Shown here piece after piece: positions 1 through 14,477 of a stretch of DNA of 64,000 nucleotides. This stretch comes from Antedon mediterranea (Eukaryota; Animalia; Echinodermata): contig NC_092679.1 in NCBI RefSeq assembly GCF_964355755.1, forward strand, positions 12,073,432 to 12,137,431, read 5' to 3'. Both the position numbers and the translations under genes were made by a program. The notes beneath the pieces are model-generated. The model did no database searches. It was given only the letters and a program-made list of their open reading frames with translations, and was not told where the DNA came from. Position 1 is the stretch's first letter. The number at the start of each line of letters is the position of its first letter.

Positions 1-2101
1 TTGTAAAAAAAATGTAAGGAGTTCAATGGGACGATTTTAAACTAGTACTAGTAGTACTGTACCCATTATACCATTCAAATTTTCTATATCTATTCGAAAT
101 ACTATCCCTGAAATTGTTTAACTTTTGTAAATTCTAATTAAAGTTAATAGAGCTTGTAGTAATAAGTCTATACAATGTTTTCAATATTTTATAGGTCAAA
201 TTTCTGAAAAATTATGTAATGGTATAGCTGGGTAATCACAACACAGGTGGAAACAATGGACCATTCAAGGTAAAAAATATATAATATCACAGGCGTAGGT
301 TAGGCCACAAGTGAAAGAAATTCAGAGAATAAAAGCCCAGTCCATAGGCAGTATAAACCACAAAAACAGTCATCAATAAAAATTCATTTTCACAATGGAG
401 GACCACAATGGAAGGCTTTAAATTGTTGACTAATGCCCTGTGGAGAAACCACATTGAAGTGAATACCTAGTCATACTATTACTTTCATTTTGTAGTGTGT
501 AAATATAAAACAAAATGGGTATCACCAAAAAAAAAACCATAAGAGACAGGAGGAAGGTGGTGAACAGAGTGTTTCTGTTCATCAAGAAGCGTTATTTATA
601 TTTGAGACAAGTGGTTGGCAAATAACCATCACACTAAAAGCACTGTTTAACCTCTACAAATCTGTTTTTTCATAGAAAATTGGAGAGAAAGGAAGACTGG
701 GACATGCACAGTTTAAAAGTAGGCGGGGCTTAGTGTAAATTGCCATCATCCAACTCTTCTCATCCTGATGCGTAAAGTCCCTATTTCAACTGGACCCACT
801 ACTATTCATAAAGTTAAGCTGGTTTTACTCTTATCTCGCAACACAAGTAATTTGACAAGCCATCTTTTTTTATTGGCCCAGGCAGTTTTGTGCTATAGTA
901 GTGGGAACCAAACATTAGTTACAAATATGAATTCCTAACCTGTCTACCTAGGATACAGGCAATTGAGAAGAAAACAAATTAGAAATTCTTTATACTGTGG
1001 ACGTCACAATTCTATTTTTGTGAAACCTACAGTAGTCAATGAACTGACTAAGTGTCAAGTATGTACTTAAATTATTTAATTATAACAAACTTAATTCAAT
1101 TTCCCTGGAAATAATACAAAATAAAATTCCATTTTCTGATGATAGATTTTAAGATCCAGATGTCTTGAGACTTTAAAAAGTTATCCCTGAGAATGTTAAT
1201 TGAGAATAAACAACATAGAGTTTAGAACTCAGTTTAGACTAGTATGAAAAACTGCTTTTCAAATCTATTAACCTGGATAGAACTAATCAGTACCTTTCAT
1301 ATTTGTAATTATATTTACAGTCAAAATCTGGATGTGTGAAAGAAGACGTTTAGACCATGTTATAAGCATGTGTGTACCTTCATAAACACATCATCCACAA
1401 CAAAAAGTTAGAAATATCCGGTCACCATAACTTGTGCCCCCTGATATTGATCATCTTTCCTCTTAAAAATATTACCGTAATATTTTCTTATGTAGGTGTC
1501 GCAGACTTATTTATACCTGCATTGCAATTTCTGTTTCCGACTGTTTTAGTCCATGGTACTACTGTAGGGCTAATAATCACCATTATTTTGTGTTGCAGTT
1601 GAACATCGATAACAGGTTAAATGGCGTTCTCACTTCCAATCGTTTGCGGGTTATTTATTCACACGGTTATTCCTCGGCTGTGTGAAAAGGGCTCTGAGTG
1701 AGTGTGCTTTGGATTTTGGCACAAGCCTCAAATTAAAGGCAAACTGCTTTCTCATCTGGAATAATTATATGCTGTGTTTAGCACATTACAGAGGTCTGGA
1801 ATGCTAACTTTCACAGAGTTCAACTATAATAGTTAGGTTTATGTAAACATGTATTCTTATGGACTTGTTTTTGTTAACTCTAGGAGGGCTTAATCATATG
1901 AGTGGATATAATCCTTAAAATAATATTAGAACTTACAATTGTGAGCACAGTACTATCAAAGTTACTAACACATTTTAACAAACTCCTGTTGAATGAAGAC
2001 TGCATGATACACATGACATTACTGTACTTCAATAAGGAACTCTTTTTTTTTTTATTAATCTGCTTTCCTACTTTCGACCAATATTTTTCAGTTTTATCTT
2101 A

Positions 2102-2480
2102 TACCCTTTTCACATCTGCATAAATTGTTACAACTTGTAAGAATTTGTAACCTGGTTTGATCTCCAGACTTATTATGTTTTCACACACGCATACGCGAAC
2201 CTTGTGAATTCTCGGGAGGAAAGAATAGCTGCGCGCTATTTGACTACTATGATTGGTCAATTAATACCAGGGCAATACACGTGCGTCACGTGCAGTAAGA
2301 ATTCAGAACATCTCAGAACAAAAATACAGGCCTCTTGTTGGTGTGTTTTTCTTCCGAGATTTCACAAGGGACCCCTGTGAAATCTCGGGAAATTTCCCAC
2401 AAAATTTTCTTCACACTATGCAAAGCTGGATACAACAACTTGTTACAAGTTGTTTACATTTTGCAGATGTAAAAAGGGTA
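2102..2480. mobile_element. MITE (non-autonomous DNA transposon)
   Basis: Terminal inverted repeats tacccttttcacatctgca...tgcagatgtaaaaagggta, extended by imperfect inverted acaacttgtaa/ttacaagttgt blocks; no ORF. Confidence 0.65.
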
Positions 2481-3783
2481 TATAACATAGAATCATTTAT
2501 TTGAATTGAACATTTATTAGAATATTAGTCCCCTTGACATAATGTACGGTAGTAGGCCTACATGGGAGGGGTGCTCAAGATTATTAAAAAAACAGGATGC
2601 TGATATGCATAAAATTGATATTAATTAATAACTTATTGAAAAGTTGTACATTATCATTATTCCAACTGGCACCACTCCTGATATGCTATCTGTGTACAAA
2701 TAGATAAGCACTGTATCCATGCAAACAATTCACCAGTTGCATACAAGATTAACATTTCCAACTACTGTACTACTAACTGTGTATTCTATAATGATTGGTG
2801 ATAATGTTGCGAATCCGGAATAGTTTTCAAATCATAGAATTATCGTAATTGTCAGCTTACCTGAATATTCAATTTCTTGGTTGATAATTACCATGACTAT
2901 CAACAACATTTTTTCTTTACATTGTGAAAACTCATCATTACATTACAATGTACAGTAACTACTACTGTATACTGTATTGTTATTGTAGGGCCAATAAATA
3001 CATGTTATGAAAGGCATTTTGGGTAAATAAAATTTCAGAATTTCAGGAAAAATAGTCTCTATTTTGTGAGGATATAGAACATGTTTAATAAGTTTCAATA
3101 CTGGAAACTATATTAATTCATACAATATTAAATAAATTTCTTCATTAAAATTGTAAAAATAATTAGTCATCCTAAAGTAGTTTATTTCAAACAATTAATT
3201 GATTTTATACCTTTCAAGTTCATAGAAACCATACATCACACACTCCAGGGAAAGCAATTAATTAATTTAAATGTACTGTATGGTCAAGAACAATAGATGG
3301 ACACTGATCAGACTTCCAACTACAAAGATAAGCATTTGCCTACTAAATTTTACTCAAACAGAAAAATGGTTGTTGAAAACAAACCAATTTGCATTTTGGT
3401 TTAGAACAAGATAGCATTTCAACATACAGTAATATTTCTAACAAAAATGAATATTTTAGCACACATGGCATTTCAAATATAATATTTAAGAGCTGGAACA
3501 CAAAAATTATAAGACAGGAATACAGTACCACAAAAAAAAAAGGAGGGGGGGGGGGGGTAATGGGACTTTAATATTGTGTGAATGTATGCCGTTCATGTTA
3601 TAATCTGTTTTGAGGTGTACAGCAAATCTACTGTATATTCGTCTACCCCTCAAGCAAGCCAACCAACGAAGGAGACGATGTGGCGCATGCTCAACAACTC
3701 AAAATGAAACAAAAGTCCATGACATTACTTACAACTAAAGACTTTGGGCAAATTTACTGCAAAAGTTGCAACACATTCTCTAA

Positions 3784-3950
3784 AGTTTGTTTTCCACTAG
3801 AACGCAACGCAGGGATGTAAACTGCAACGCAGGGACGTTAACCGCAACGCAGGGACGTTAACCGCAACGCAGGGACGTTAACCGCAACGCAGGGACGTTA
3901 ACCGCAACCGCCTTACATCCTTACGTTGAGTTCTAGAGAAAACATAGCTT
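3784..3950. mobile_element. Degenerate Harbinger-like MITE with internal 20-bp tandem repeat
   Basis: Starts ...ttccactagaacgcaacgca like the MITE at 14299/53247; about 5 copies of gcaacgcagggacgttaacc; ends gttctagagaaaacatagct. Confidence 0.55.
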
Positions 3951-6900
3951 TACTGATCTTATAGAGTACAGCTAAATAGTGAAATTAAATGATTATTTCT
4001 GCTACCAAGAAAAATTTAAGCAATTCAATTACAGCATAAAAATAAGCCCTAAAGAAAAACTTAATATGTGCAGTTAACATTAAACAACTCTTACACAACC
4101 TAAAACTAACAACATTAGATCAAATGTGAACATATGATACTGTTATGACGTCTTTCAACATCTTGCTTGTTAAAATAAACAGAGTTTGAATGCAATAACA
4201 AAACCACTGTTTTTAGAGTTAGCAGTGAGAGAATAAGTTAGGAAGAGTGTGTAAAACAGCCTCTAGAATAACAAACCCTAAGGAATTTAATAAACTTATG
4301 AAAAAAACACTTTCATCCATTACACAATGAATAGCAACAAATCTGGCAGAAGTTGACCACTACTAAATAAAACAATTCATGTTTTAGATTATTATTCTAA
4401 AAATTGTACCTTAGACCAGCTTTGTTTTGATGGTTTTTTTTGTTTTTGTTTTTGAGTGCTTATAATATGCTTGTTTTGGTTCAGTTGATGATACAGTGGT
4501 GCTTGATTTGGATTTGTATTACCCCAAACTATATACACTGCTTTATAACTGTCAGGAATGGTATGATAAAAAGTGTCCCTACTGTTTTTTGTCTTCCACT
4601 TTAATTTCCAACAGATTAAACATTTAAATGACAGTTTAGTAATGGCATTGAATAATTAAATCAGCTAGCCTTGGTTTACTGTGTATATAACAGACCTTGC
4701 ATCAGTCCCAGTCACACACTTCCTATAGGATGTACTAATTGAGGGTCTTGGGACTGTTGTAGACTGATGAAACTACTATGGTTCAATAGTTTCCTGATAA
4801 CTTTCTTGGCCTACAGTGTAAATCTAAACTGTCAAATATCAAGGTTAAATCTTCCAAAATACTTCTTTTTTCTGGTTCAGACTGTCAGCACTAGATTTGG
4901 AAAGTAAAGATACTAATAACTTTCCTAATGCTACATTGCTATACCATGTCAAATAGAAGCTGTGTGATAATTGATCATGGCCAGAGTAAACTGGTATAGT
5001 GTCTAGACCTAATCCTTGCATTATGAATTCTGGTGTCAATGTGTTGAGCTAAAGCTGACCACATTTGGTTCACACACAACAAAAATAATTTGCAGTGTAC
5101 AACTCTTAGTGTTACTGTTAAGCACTCATACCACATTTAAATACAGTATTAAAATAGAAGCATAATCAATTTTAATACATTTTCTAATAATCAACAATTT
5201 ATGCTTCCCTTTCAAATAAAACACATTAAATTTGAAGGAATTTTCCAAATTAAATAGCGGTGAGTTGAAATGCTATGGTACTAATCAAATCCAAATTAGT
5301 ATATAATCCATGAAATTTAATTTCACAGAACTAGCAAGGTTTAATGCATAAATATATGAACTGTCCATGACTCCTAGACAATAATGTCATGTACAGTACA
5401 GATACAGTATACAACATACTGTCTACAAGGTGTAGTAAGTGGAGGAAGGCTCATCATTATGCACCAAGCAAGGTAGAATGAAAATCACATGGGTTTGAGG
5501 AGCAAAGAATATAGTTACAGCAAACAAGAAACAGATGGTATTTAGCTCTCTGATAATTAAGTGTATAATTTTGAAAGAAAGTATATGTTACGGTACTGTT
5601 TTTTTTTTCTAATATCTGAGTTAAATACAGGCAAGTTTGAGGTTTTGCTTGTTCGACATTAAAATGGAAAAATAAAACAAAAATTCAATAAACCCTAGTT
5701 ATAATACGGTAAGTCACATGCCATGCCAGTACAGGTACAGTGCCAAAACATACCAATAACATGAATTGCTGTTGGCCCTCCCATTTTGTTGGGGAACATA
5801 GATGTTTCCTTCAGTTCAAACAGTTTTGATAAAGTTACCATTTTTCCAATTGGTACCTTTAAAAATCTAGCTGTACTGTACCACAAATGTTCCCATTATT
5901 CTTTACTAGTGACAATGTTTAACAAATTATTTCTGAAACAAAGATACAATTAATACATCGCACACATTGCTTATTATCATGAATAATCAACAGAGCGCAA
6001 ACCAATGGTGATGACATTAAATGAAAGATTAATTTGCATAATTATCTACCAGTAATTTAACAAAAGAAATCCGACATAATAATAATATAGTATCCAAGAG
6101 ATGGATATTTTATAAGGAAGTACTATATTTCTTTATGCTACGGCACGTAAAAAATAAAGGGTTTTTTCACTAAGTATTATATACTGTAGTTGGATTTACA
6201 CCAGTCAATTTTAGATGGACAGACATTCTCTATTGTTTTAAAGAATTAAATTAAAAAGGAAAGGGTATACACAGAAACAATATGCCGCCGAAAAGATATA
6301 CAAATTTATACATGAAAGCTTAGGGCATACTGTACTGCAAGTTTGAACTAATAATGAATATACCTTCTTATATGTACAACATGTTGTCATACGGTGGTTA
6401 TCTCATCAAGTATTCTTTACTGCATCAGAAGACAATCATAAAAAATAAATTGACCTACTTTATTATTCATAAGTTAGTAGCGGTTTTGAATACTGTTAGA
6501 TTTATAAAAATTGAATTTTTTAAGCATGGCCTGAACATGCTGCTGGTATCAGAAAACCAAAACATCCTCGAATCTAGTCAGCCGTTCACGAAAATTGAAC
6601 TACAGTATAACAATAGCAAGATCCTTATTCTATATCTGATAGGTCACTACACAGTGTGTATACAATACAAATTTGTCAGTCAACTGCGGGCTCTAAAGCC
6701 ACGATAAAACCAGACGGACAACATCCATTAAAACACATTTAGGAATGATGATTATTTTGGAGGCACAGTGAGGCCCTTAGTTTTAAAATCAGGAATAGGC
6801 AAATACTGTATAAATACAACATAGAACAAATATGTTAAATTAAACATTTAAATCTATACCTACTGTTAATTTATTTACTACTTTTATTAGTAGAATCTTA

Positions 6901-9003
6901 ACCATGTGTTGTTTTTTCAACCAATCACATGATGGTAAATGTTTTTACTCAGGTCCTCTATTGTACCTAGTTATCAACATACCTCTGACTACAATTAAGC
7001 TGGCCTATGGACAGACAAAGGTGGGTCATTTTTTTAAACAATTGTACAGCTTATAAGCAACATATGATAGCATTGTTTCATTCAGTTGGAATGCTATTGT
7101 AATAGGCCTTTATGTTAAAGGGTGTCAGCTGAACAGTAAACACACTGCTATTTAAAAGAATACCCAGGTATGTTAAATCAACTAAAAACAGTCCCGATAA
7201 TGAACGGAATATACGGGGCTTATGCACACACAGTTTAATCGTATATGACCGTCTCTTTCATTTACCATCCAAATGTGAAAATTCACTAGCAATTTTATAC
7301 CTATTTATCAATGTCATCAACCTTCTACTGATTCAAATGTTTTTCTCTGGGGCTGAAACCTTAGAAATTGGTTTCATCTTTTTAAAATTCCTACATACTA
7401 CCGAGGATTAAAGTTGTATGGCAACCCATAACTTGTAAAATGCCTTCCAGTCATCCAGCAAAGTTTATGTTTACAGTAAAAGTATTGGAAGGAATAAATT
7501 AAAATCTGCGATCCAGAAGGAAAGAAAATACTGGTGAGAATCTATGTTCAGACCTAAATTAATTTTAATACACATTTCAAGCCTAATGAAAAAAATAAGA
7601 TGAGATTTCAACACTTTCATTCAAACACAAGTTTGAGGTTGCTGTTGGCTTGGGATTTCCCAACCATTTTTTTTTTGGCCTAAATTTAGATTATGCGCGA
7701 CATGACATGAAGCTTGAGGTTGGGCCAAAAAGAGCAAGCCTCACACCGGATGCATGATACTTGACCTGTATGTTTAAAGTGTTGCCATCATTGTCTACTG
7801 TACTGTACACTTTCTTTTTAATTTGTTACATTGACTGTACAGTGCCACAGTTTTGTTTTTACAATTTAATACAATACTGTAATTTATAAATCACTGGTGT
7901 ACAGAATTCATCTGTATCATTATCAACAAAAATCATCAAAAAAACTGTACTGTTTTAAACTTTCACATCAACAAAATTGTCCAATTATAGTATACAGCAC
8001 CAAGTTGTACAGTACAGTAGGTCTACCATGGTTTTGAGTACCGTAGGGCCTGTAACGGCAAAATCCTTTATTGTGGACAATCTAAGACGACGTATGTTTG
8101 AGTTGTATACATTGATATTCAATATATAATACCAAACACTGGTTTGAATTTAGTGTACATTATGTGACTGTAAAGTGTAAACAAATTGTTAGGCTAACTG
8201 TGATACCAAGATTTCACAGGGTTTGTAATGTGTTTGAAAACTACACTAAGTTTCTTGGGATATTTACACTGTAACAACTATTTAATGTTTTAAGTGCAAG
8301 TTGTACAGTAACAAGTAAGTAAGTGTAAAAAGGACAGTATCTAAAACAAATTTAATTAAAGAATTACCTTATTATTAAGTACAGGTATACAGTATAAATT
8401 CCACAACTGTAATAAGATATTTGCTTTATAATATTAATATTGATCAATAAAAATAAAAGTATTTCTCTTTCTATTATGTAGTGTTGTAGTTGAATGCACA
8501 AGGAAATCAGAAATCTTTCAGGCGTGGAATTCTTTCACTGAATATCCTGTTGTTACCTACTGTAAAGATACCGAGTTTCTAATACAAATAAAATTGTAAA
8601 GAAAATAAAAAATAGATTGACAATGACAGTCCATATACTGTAATAATACTGTAAGGAAATAAAGCACAACCGATGAGTATTGGGTTTAACGTAGGCTACA
8701 TGACATATATCAAATCATGACATTTTTAAATAATGATAAATAAATTAAAGTATGCATCGTTGAGAATTCATTAGAACCTGATATTTATTTAGCTTTTTTA
8801 GCCATAATATCCATGTATTTTTAACTTAATTTAAGTTATAGCATAAATTTAACACAGTTCCCTATCAGTATCAATACCATTACAGTGCAAAAGGAGAATA
8901 AAATATAAGTTACCTAGAGTTCTCTTTTGAGACCTTTGTTATTTTATATTTTCTTGTCTGACTGAGTGAATGAGTACCCAAATTCAATAATGGCACTTGT
9001 TGT

Positions 9004-10355
9004 TATTGGTTATCCGCAACGAAGTTGCAGGATAACCTCTTGTGATTGTACGAAATCATTCTGTATGATTTTTGTGTAACGCTTTTCTCTAAAACTTGCA
9101 AACATAACATTTCGGTAACTATCTTAACATATTGACATTTACGTAACGTCGTCAAGCGAAGCTTTTCATGACGTTTACAATTGCGCAACGTGACTTACGC
9201 GCGATTTAACGATTTTGTCGTATTTAACATAGCTCGACAACCAAATAACATTTCAACTTGAAACTTTGCAAAAGTTTAATTTATATCATGCGCTAACTTT
9301 CTGTTGAAAAAAAATTCCGTGTTTTACACAAAGTTACGCGCGCACGCGCATTTAAAATTTCAAAATGCGCAAAATTAATTTCTAATCAACTTTCTACGCG
9401 TTTCATGTCGTTTTAAGCATGTCAAAAATTCCCACGCGTGCGCACATTTTTACGTGTGCGGTGCGCACGTAGCATTGAAAACGTATTTTTTTCGCGTGAT
9501 TTATGTTTTTCCAGCCTTTTCTAGTAATTTTACCAAATTTTAAACAATTTCGACTTAAAGATACGTCATACGAGCACGTCGAATTGGACAATTTGCGCGC
9601 GTTTTTTATGAAAAGGTTAAAAAATTCCGTTTAAAATATGCCTTTTTTTAAACAGTCGTAATTTCTAAACTAGACGGTCAAATTTTTGTGGATGACATAT
9701 TCTAGAAGTAGATGAGTTGTAGATATCGGATCAGGTATTAATATGGCTAACCGGACATTGTGACGTCATCGTATGGCCACGCGAATATAAAATTTAGGAT
9801 TTTTGTATCTTTCGTCATAGCTCATCACATTGAATAGAGCGCATCTCCACTTATCCGTTTTCCATTTTCACCCCGATTTTGATATTGTCTAGGTCAATCA
9901 ACTATCTTTCGCATGAGTTAAAAATATTTTAATTTTTTTGACGTCATCGTGCCTAAAAATTTAAATCACGTGTGGCATCAATTTCATCTTTACAGTAAAT
10001 TTTAATCTGTTATAGCTCGTAAAAATAAAATGTGATAATCACGATTAAAACTTTTTCTGGAAGCTATTGGATTGTAGATACGAAATTATGTAAAAATGTT
10101 GCCAATCGGATGTTGTGACGTCATCATATGGCCAGTTAAATAAAAAAGGTCGTATTTTCATCTTTTGTGTCATAATTCATTACATTTAAAAGAGCGCGCA
10201 TCAATATTTCACGTATTCAAATTTCTCCTACACGCTAATACGTTGTTGCTGAGATAATTTCCTTTCGGAATTGCTACCTTCGCGTTTCATTTTAAAACCG
10301 TCAACATGTTAAAAATTGCAATAAATAGCGGGTCCCGTAATTTCACCTATTCTAC
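9004..10355 (+). mobile_element. Helentron-associated (HINE/DINE-like) non-autonomous element, tentative
   Basis: CpG-rich island in AT-rich intron. 5' palindrome ggttatccgcaacgaagttgcaggataacc; imperfect subterminal inverted motif gcgggtcccg near the 3' end; diverged internal ~360-bp duplication (ttgtgacgtcatc.tatggcca at ~9758 and ~10114). Confidence 0.45.
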
Positions 10356-13165
10356 ACTGTATGTGATATGGATACAGATTATACTGTGTATACTATATAT
10401 GAATTTAAATAATAAAATTCAGCAATAACAACATATCATATTCTTCAGTTCAGGTCATAATGCCAACGTGAACACTTCCTTTTGTCCTCAACCTATCCCC
10501 TTAATGTTAATGTTGCACCACTTGCGCGGCGGATAACCAAACTCGTCAAAGTGACGAGTTACATGTCTAGTATTGTTTTTGATTTTGTTATTGAAATAAA
10601 AGATTTACATACAAACAGATCAAATCAATCAATTATATCAACAGCTACTGTATGCCTATACCACAGTACACATAAGCAGCATACTGAACCAAAATATTGT
10701 AGTTTTTATTTAACAGAATAAATGTTAATTGACTTGACTGTTCTGAATAATTAATTTTTATAACAATTTATTTACAAGATATCCCTGACTGTTACACACA
10801 ATTTAAAGGAAATTAGGAAGGCGGGGCAACTGTCTAGTTTGACGGTATCTTATAACCAGCTCAGAGAAATCAACTACCGGTAAGCACAAACCACAAAAAT
10901 AGATGCAAGACACAGTCACTCATAATACAAGTATGTCAAACAATAAAATTCAAGATTAATTATTTTATTACAGTAATAAATAGCAGGGCACATTGAATCA
11001 TTGATTTTTTTTAATATAAATTAAAAAGTAGTTCATCCTTTCATTTTAGGTGCCAAATGAGTGGAGCACCTACAGCAGAATGATGTGCTCCTGAATATGT
11101 CAATTAAATTTGTGTAATATTTAAACATTAGTATCTCTGACTAATATTTTGTATGCTACTAGAGAAACCATGAACAATAGAATATAAAATGATATTTTAG
11201 ATCACAAAATATTGAACAGATGGTATGTGCCTACTATCTCTACGCTTTTTATATTGTAGAAAATAAATGTCAAATTGACTGTCATTTTCACAATTTAGTT
11301 TTTTGTGTTTATTATCCGAAATACTGTGTCCAAAAGATATAATTACTCAAGATCTATAGTAGTTTCAACTTTAAATTACAACTTATTTCAACTTTAAAGG
11401 GTGTACATACAATGCAAGTGAGTTGGCCAGTTACCTCACTGTGTGTGTGACCTAGTGGGAACCAATTTTAATAGCTGTATTTTGTAGTGAGACAAAAAAC
11501 AGTCAGTATGGCAACCATACACTTTTTTTTTTTTTTAATGTTACTCATTTAAGCTTTTAAATAATCTTTTTGTGAAAAATGGCCATTGTTGTGCAGGTTG
11601 GGGAGGACAGGCAATATGGCCATGAAATGCATTATTAATTTGCTTTGTGGTATTGTTCTTTAACTCGATCGGATAACGACCTTTTAACAGATACAGATAG
11701 AGATACAGATTCATTTATTATCCAAAATATTAATGGAAATTACAGTGCTCATAAACCTTTAACATTCTCGGCTTGGTACGGTTGGAGCACAACTAGTCCT
11801 CAGTTGTACACACGCGCACCAGAAATCAAATTGATACGCCAGCATCTATTCAGTATTTTTATTCACGAAGCAGGATCTCCGAAGAGATACTTATACTGTA
11901 TACAGTACATATAAACACAACAGGTATAGAAATCAATTCTAAACCGCCCGGTGATTCACTGAACATTAATTAATTCTTTTTTTATATTTATATACCTGTA
12001 TATATTTTTTTTCCTTTATATTTATAATAATGTAGACAGTTTTGTTCTTGAGCTATGGAGAATTTTGTACTCTGTATTCTTTTTTCCGAAAAAAAAGATG
12101 AAATAAATTTATGAAAGCTACTAACTAAACACAAAATAATCTAAAGAAACTAAATCCATAAATCACTGACAGTATTCAGGTAAAAACATTTAACCAACAT
12201 CTAAAAATTGTGTACTAGTAAAATAGAATCAAACGACAAATTATTGAATACCTAAAAATTGTCATGGTACTGTACTGTAATAAAAACATTAATCCTGATT
12301 TTCAACACAATGGTATTGTGTAAAGAGTGATATCTTTTTGTGGTTCATTGCACATCAAATCAAACAACCAATTGGATTACTGATTAGTAGAGTAGCCATA
12401 TCATACTGAAACACTGGTGGTATTACATCACATTGACGGATATATCAGTTAAAGTTTATATACCACTTTTTTATTTTAATCTACATATTTAAGGTATTAT
12501 TATAAACCTTTAAAAATTCACCCATACTTACTATACTACACAACCTGTTATATGATTAACCCTTAATTAACACCTTTGCCATCTGTGTGGAAGATTTGTT
12601 TTTAAAAATTTCCTTCTTCCAACCATGGATGGAGGTAAAAAGTAAAAGTGAAGCGGCAATATATTCAACACAATAAATTGTTGTATGTGCAGCGAGTAGC
12701 AACAGGAAAGTTGTTCTTTTTTCTTGAATGCGTATGGTTAGTAAAATACAGTATTGAGAATAGCAAGCATATTATATACAGCCCCTGTCCTGATGATCCA
12801 TCTAGACAGAGTTCTCAACTTGATTAACTTAATTTCAGTAGTCTTGCCTGGCCCTCATAGCTAGCTAGCTAGCTAGGCCCAGGCCGGGCCTAGCATACTC
12901 AAAATTATAGGCCTAGCCTAGGCCACTAGATAGGCCCAAGTTACAGGTTTTTAGAAAGCCTAGAAAGAAGCTAGGCTAGATATCTACACAACACATGTAG
13001 GTAGCCTGCCCGGCGCCTGCCCTAGCCTACTTACTAGGCCTAGTAGTTAGGCCTAGGCCTAGTATGCCTTAGCCTATAGGCCTAGTAGGCCTAGCCCTAG
13101 ATTACACGTATGTATGGCAATTAAACGTCTTAAATACCATCTTTGTTAAATTAAACATAACTCAC

Positions 13166-13351
13166 CTATAGTATCAAATCGTGTTGTCACATTTCTAGAG
13201 TTATGCCACCTCTTTTTAACTACGATCTCAGATGACGAATGTGTTGATTTTTTTACTCGGCGCGGCGGCAGTGTGTGGTGGTGGTGGTGGGGTTGTGTTG
13301 TTTTGGTGGTTAAAAAAAGATGATAAAAAAAGAGGGAGTCCTCCATGTTTT
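13166..13351 (-). promoter_or_regulatory. Probable promoter and non-coding first exon of an unidentified minus-strand gene extending left
   Basis: Strong donor AG|GTGAGT at 13166/13165; small CpG cluster (cggcgcggcggc); YY1-like AAAACATGGAGG at ~13340-13351; CTAG/AGGCCT cluster just downstream, as at the ARID4 promoter. Confidence 0.45.
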
Positions 13352-13574
13352 CTAGATGTACGTACACAGTAGTTTAAAAATATAAGCTATAAGAGTCAAT
13401 GAATATTTCCCCAATATTTCTGGGAAATGTATGAATAGCGTATAGCCTAGGCACACCCATATGTACAGATAATTAATTTTGACATTAATTAATTTAATTT
13501 TTATTCAAAATTTATGACGCTAAAAAAAATTATTGAAATCTGATGAAACTTTTCCACAAAACCTACTCAAGCTA

Positions 13575-14295
13575 GGTATTGCTAAACACCGCAAACCCCG
13601 CAAACCTCGCAAACCTCCAAAAAAACATAGCAAACCCCACCGAACCAACATAAAACTGATTGAATCATGTAGTGTACAACCCACTGGGTATATCCATGTA
13701 AAAAGAATATTAAATTTCTACTGTTAACTACTTATTTTTGGGGTAAAACATCATTTTTTGGTCAAAAATGATTGCTAAACCCCGCAAACCTCCAAAAAAC
13801 CATAGCAAACCCGACCGAACCAACATAAAAGTGATTGAATAATGTAGTGTACGACCCACTGGGTATATAAATTATTAAATTTCTACTGTTAACTACTTTT
13901 TTGGGGATAAAACATCATTTTTTGGTTAAAAATTAGCCATCATTTTAGACCAAAAAATGATGTTTTACCCCAAAAATAAGTAGTTAACAGTAGAAATTTA
14001 ATATTTTTTTTACATGGATATACCCAGTGGGTTGTACACTACATGATTCAATCAGTTTTATGTTGGTTCGATGGGGTTTGCTATATTTTTTTGGAGGTTT
14101 GCAGGGTTTAGCAATCATTTTTGACCAAAAAATGATGTTTTACCCCAAAAATAATTAGTTAACAGTAAAAATGTATTATTTTTTTTACATGGATATACCC
14201 AGTGGGTTGTACACTACATGATTCAATCACTTTTATGTTGGTTCGATGGGGTTTACTATGTTTTTTTGGAGGTTTGCGGGGTTTGGCAATACCCC
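13575..14295. mobile_element. Foldback (palindromic) MITE with two ~175-bp units per arm
   Basis: Ends ggtattgctaaac...gtttggcaatacc. Two direct units (gcaaacctccaaaaaa..catagcaaaccc...aaacatcattttttgg) are followed by two inverted copies; centre near 13938. Confidence 0.8.
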
Positions 14296-14298
14296 TAA

Positions 14299-14477
14299 AG
14301 CTTGGTTCCCACTAGAACGTAACGCAAGGACGTAAACGCAACGCAAGTATTTTAACCAATGACAAGCGAAGTTATAGACAGTTAGCAATCACAAGCGAAT
14401 AAGCCATCGCTTGTGATTGGTCAATTCACTTGCGTTGCGTTACGTCCCTGTGTTGCGTCGCTAGTGGGAACCACGCT
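14299..14477. mobile_element. PIF/Harbinger-like MITE (~180 bp)
   Basis: TIR agcttggttcccactag...ctagtgggaaccacgct, preceded by TAA; near-identical inverted copy at 53247-53425. Confidence 0.8.
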
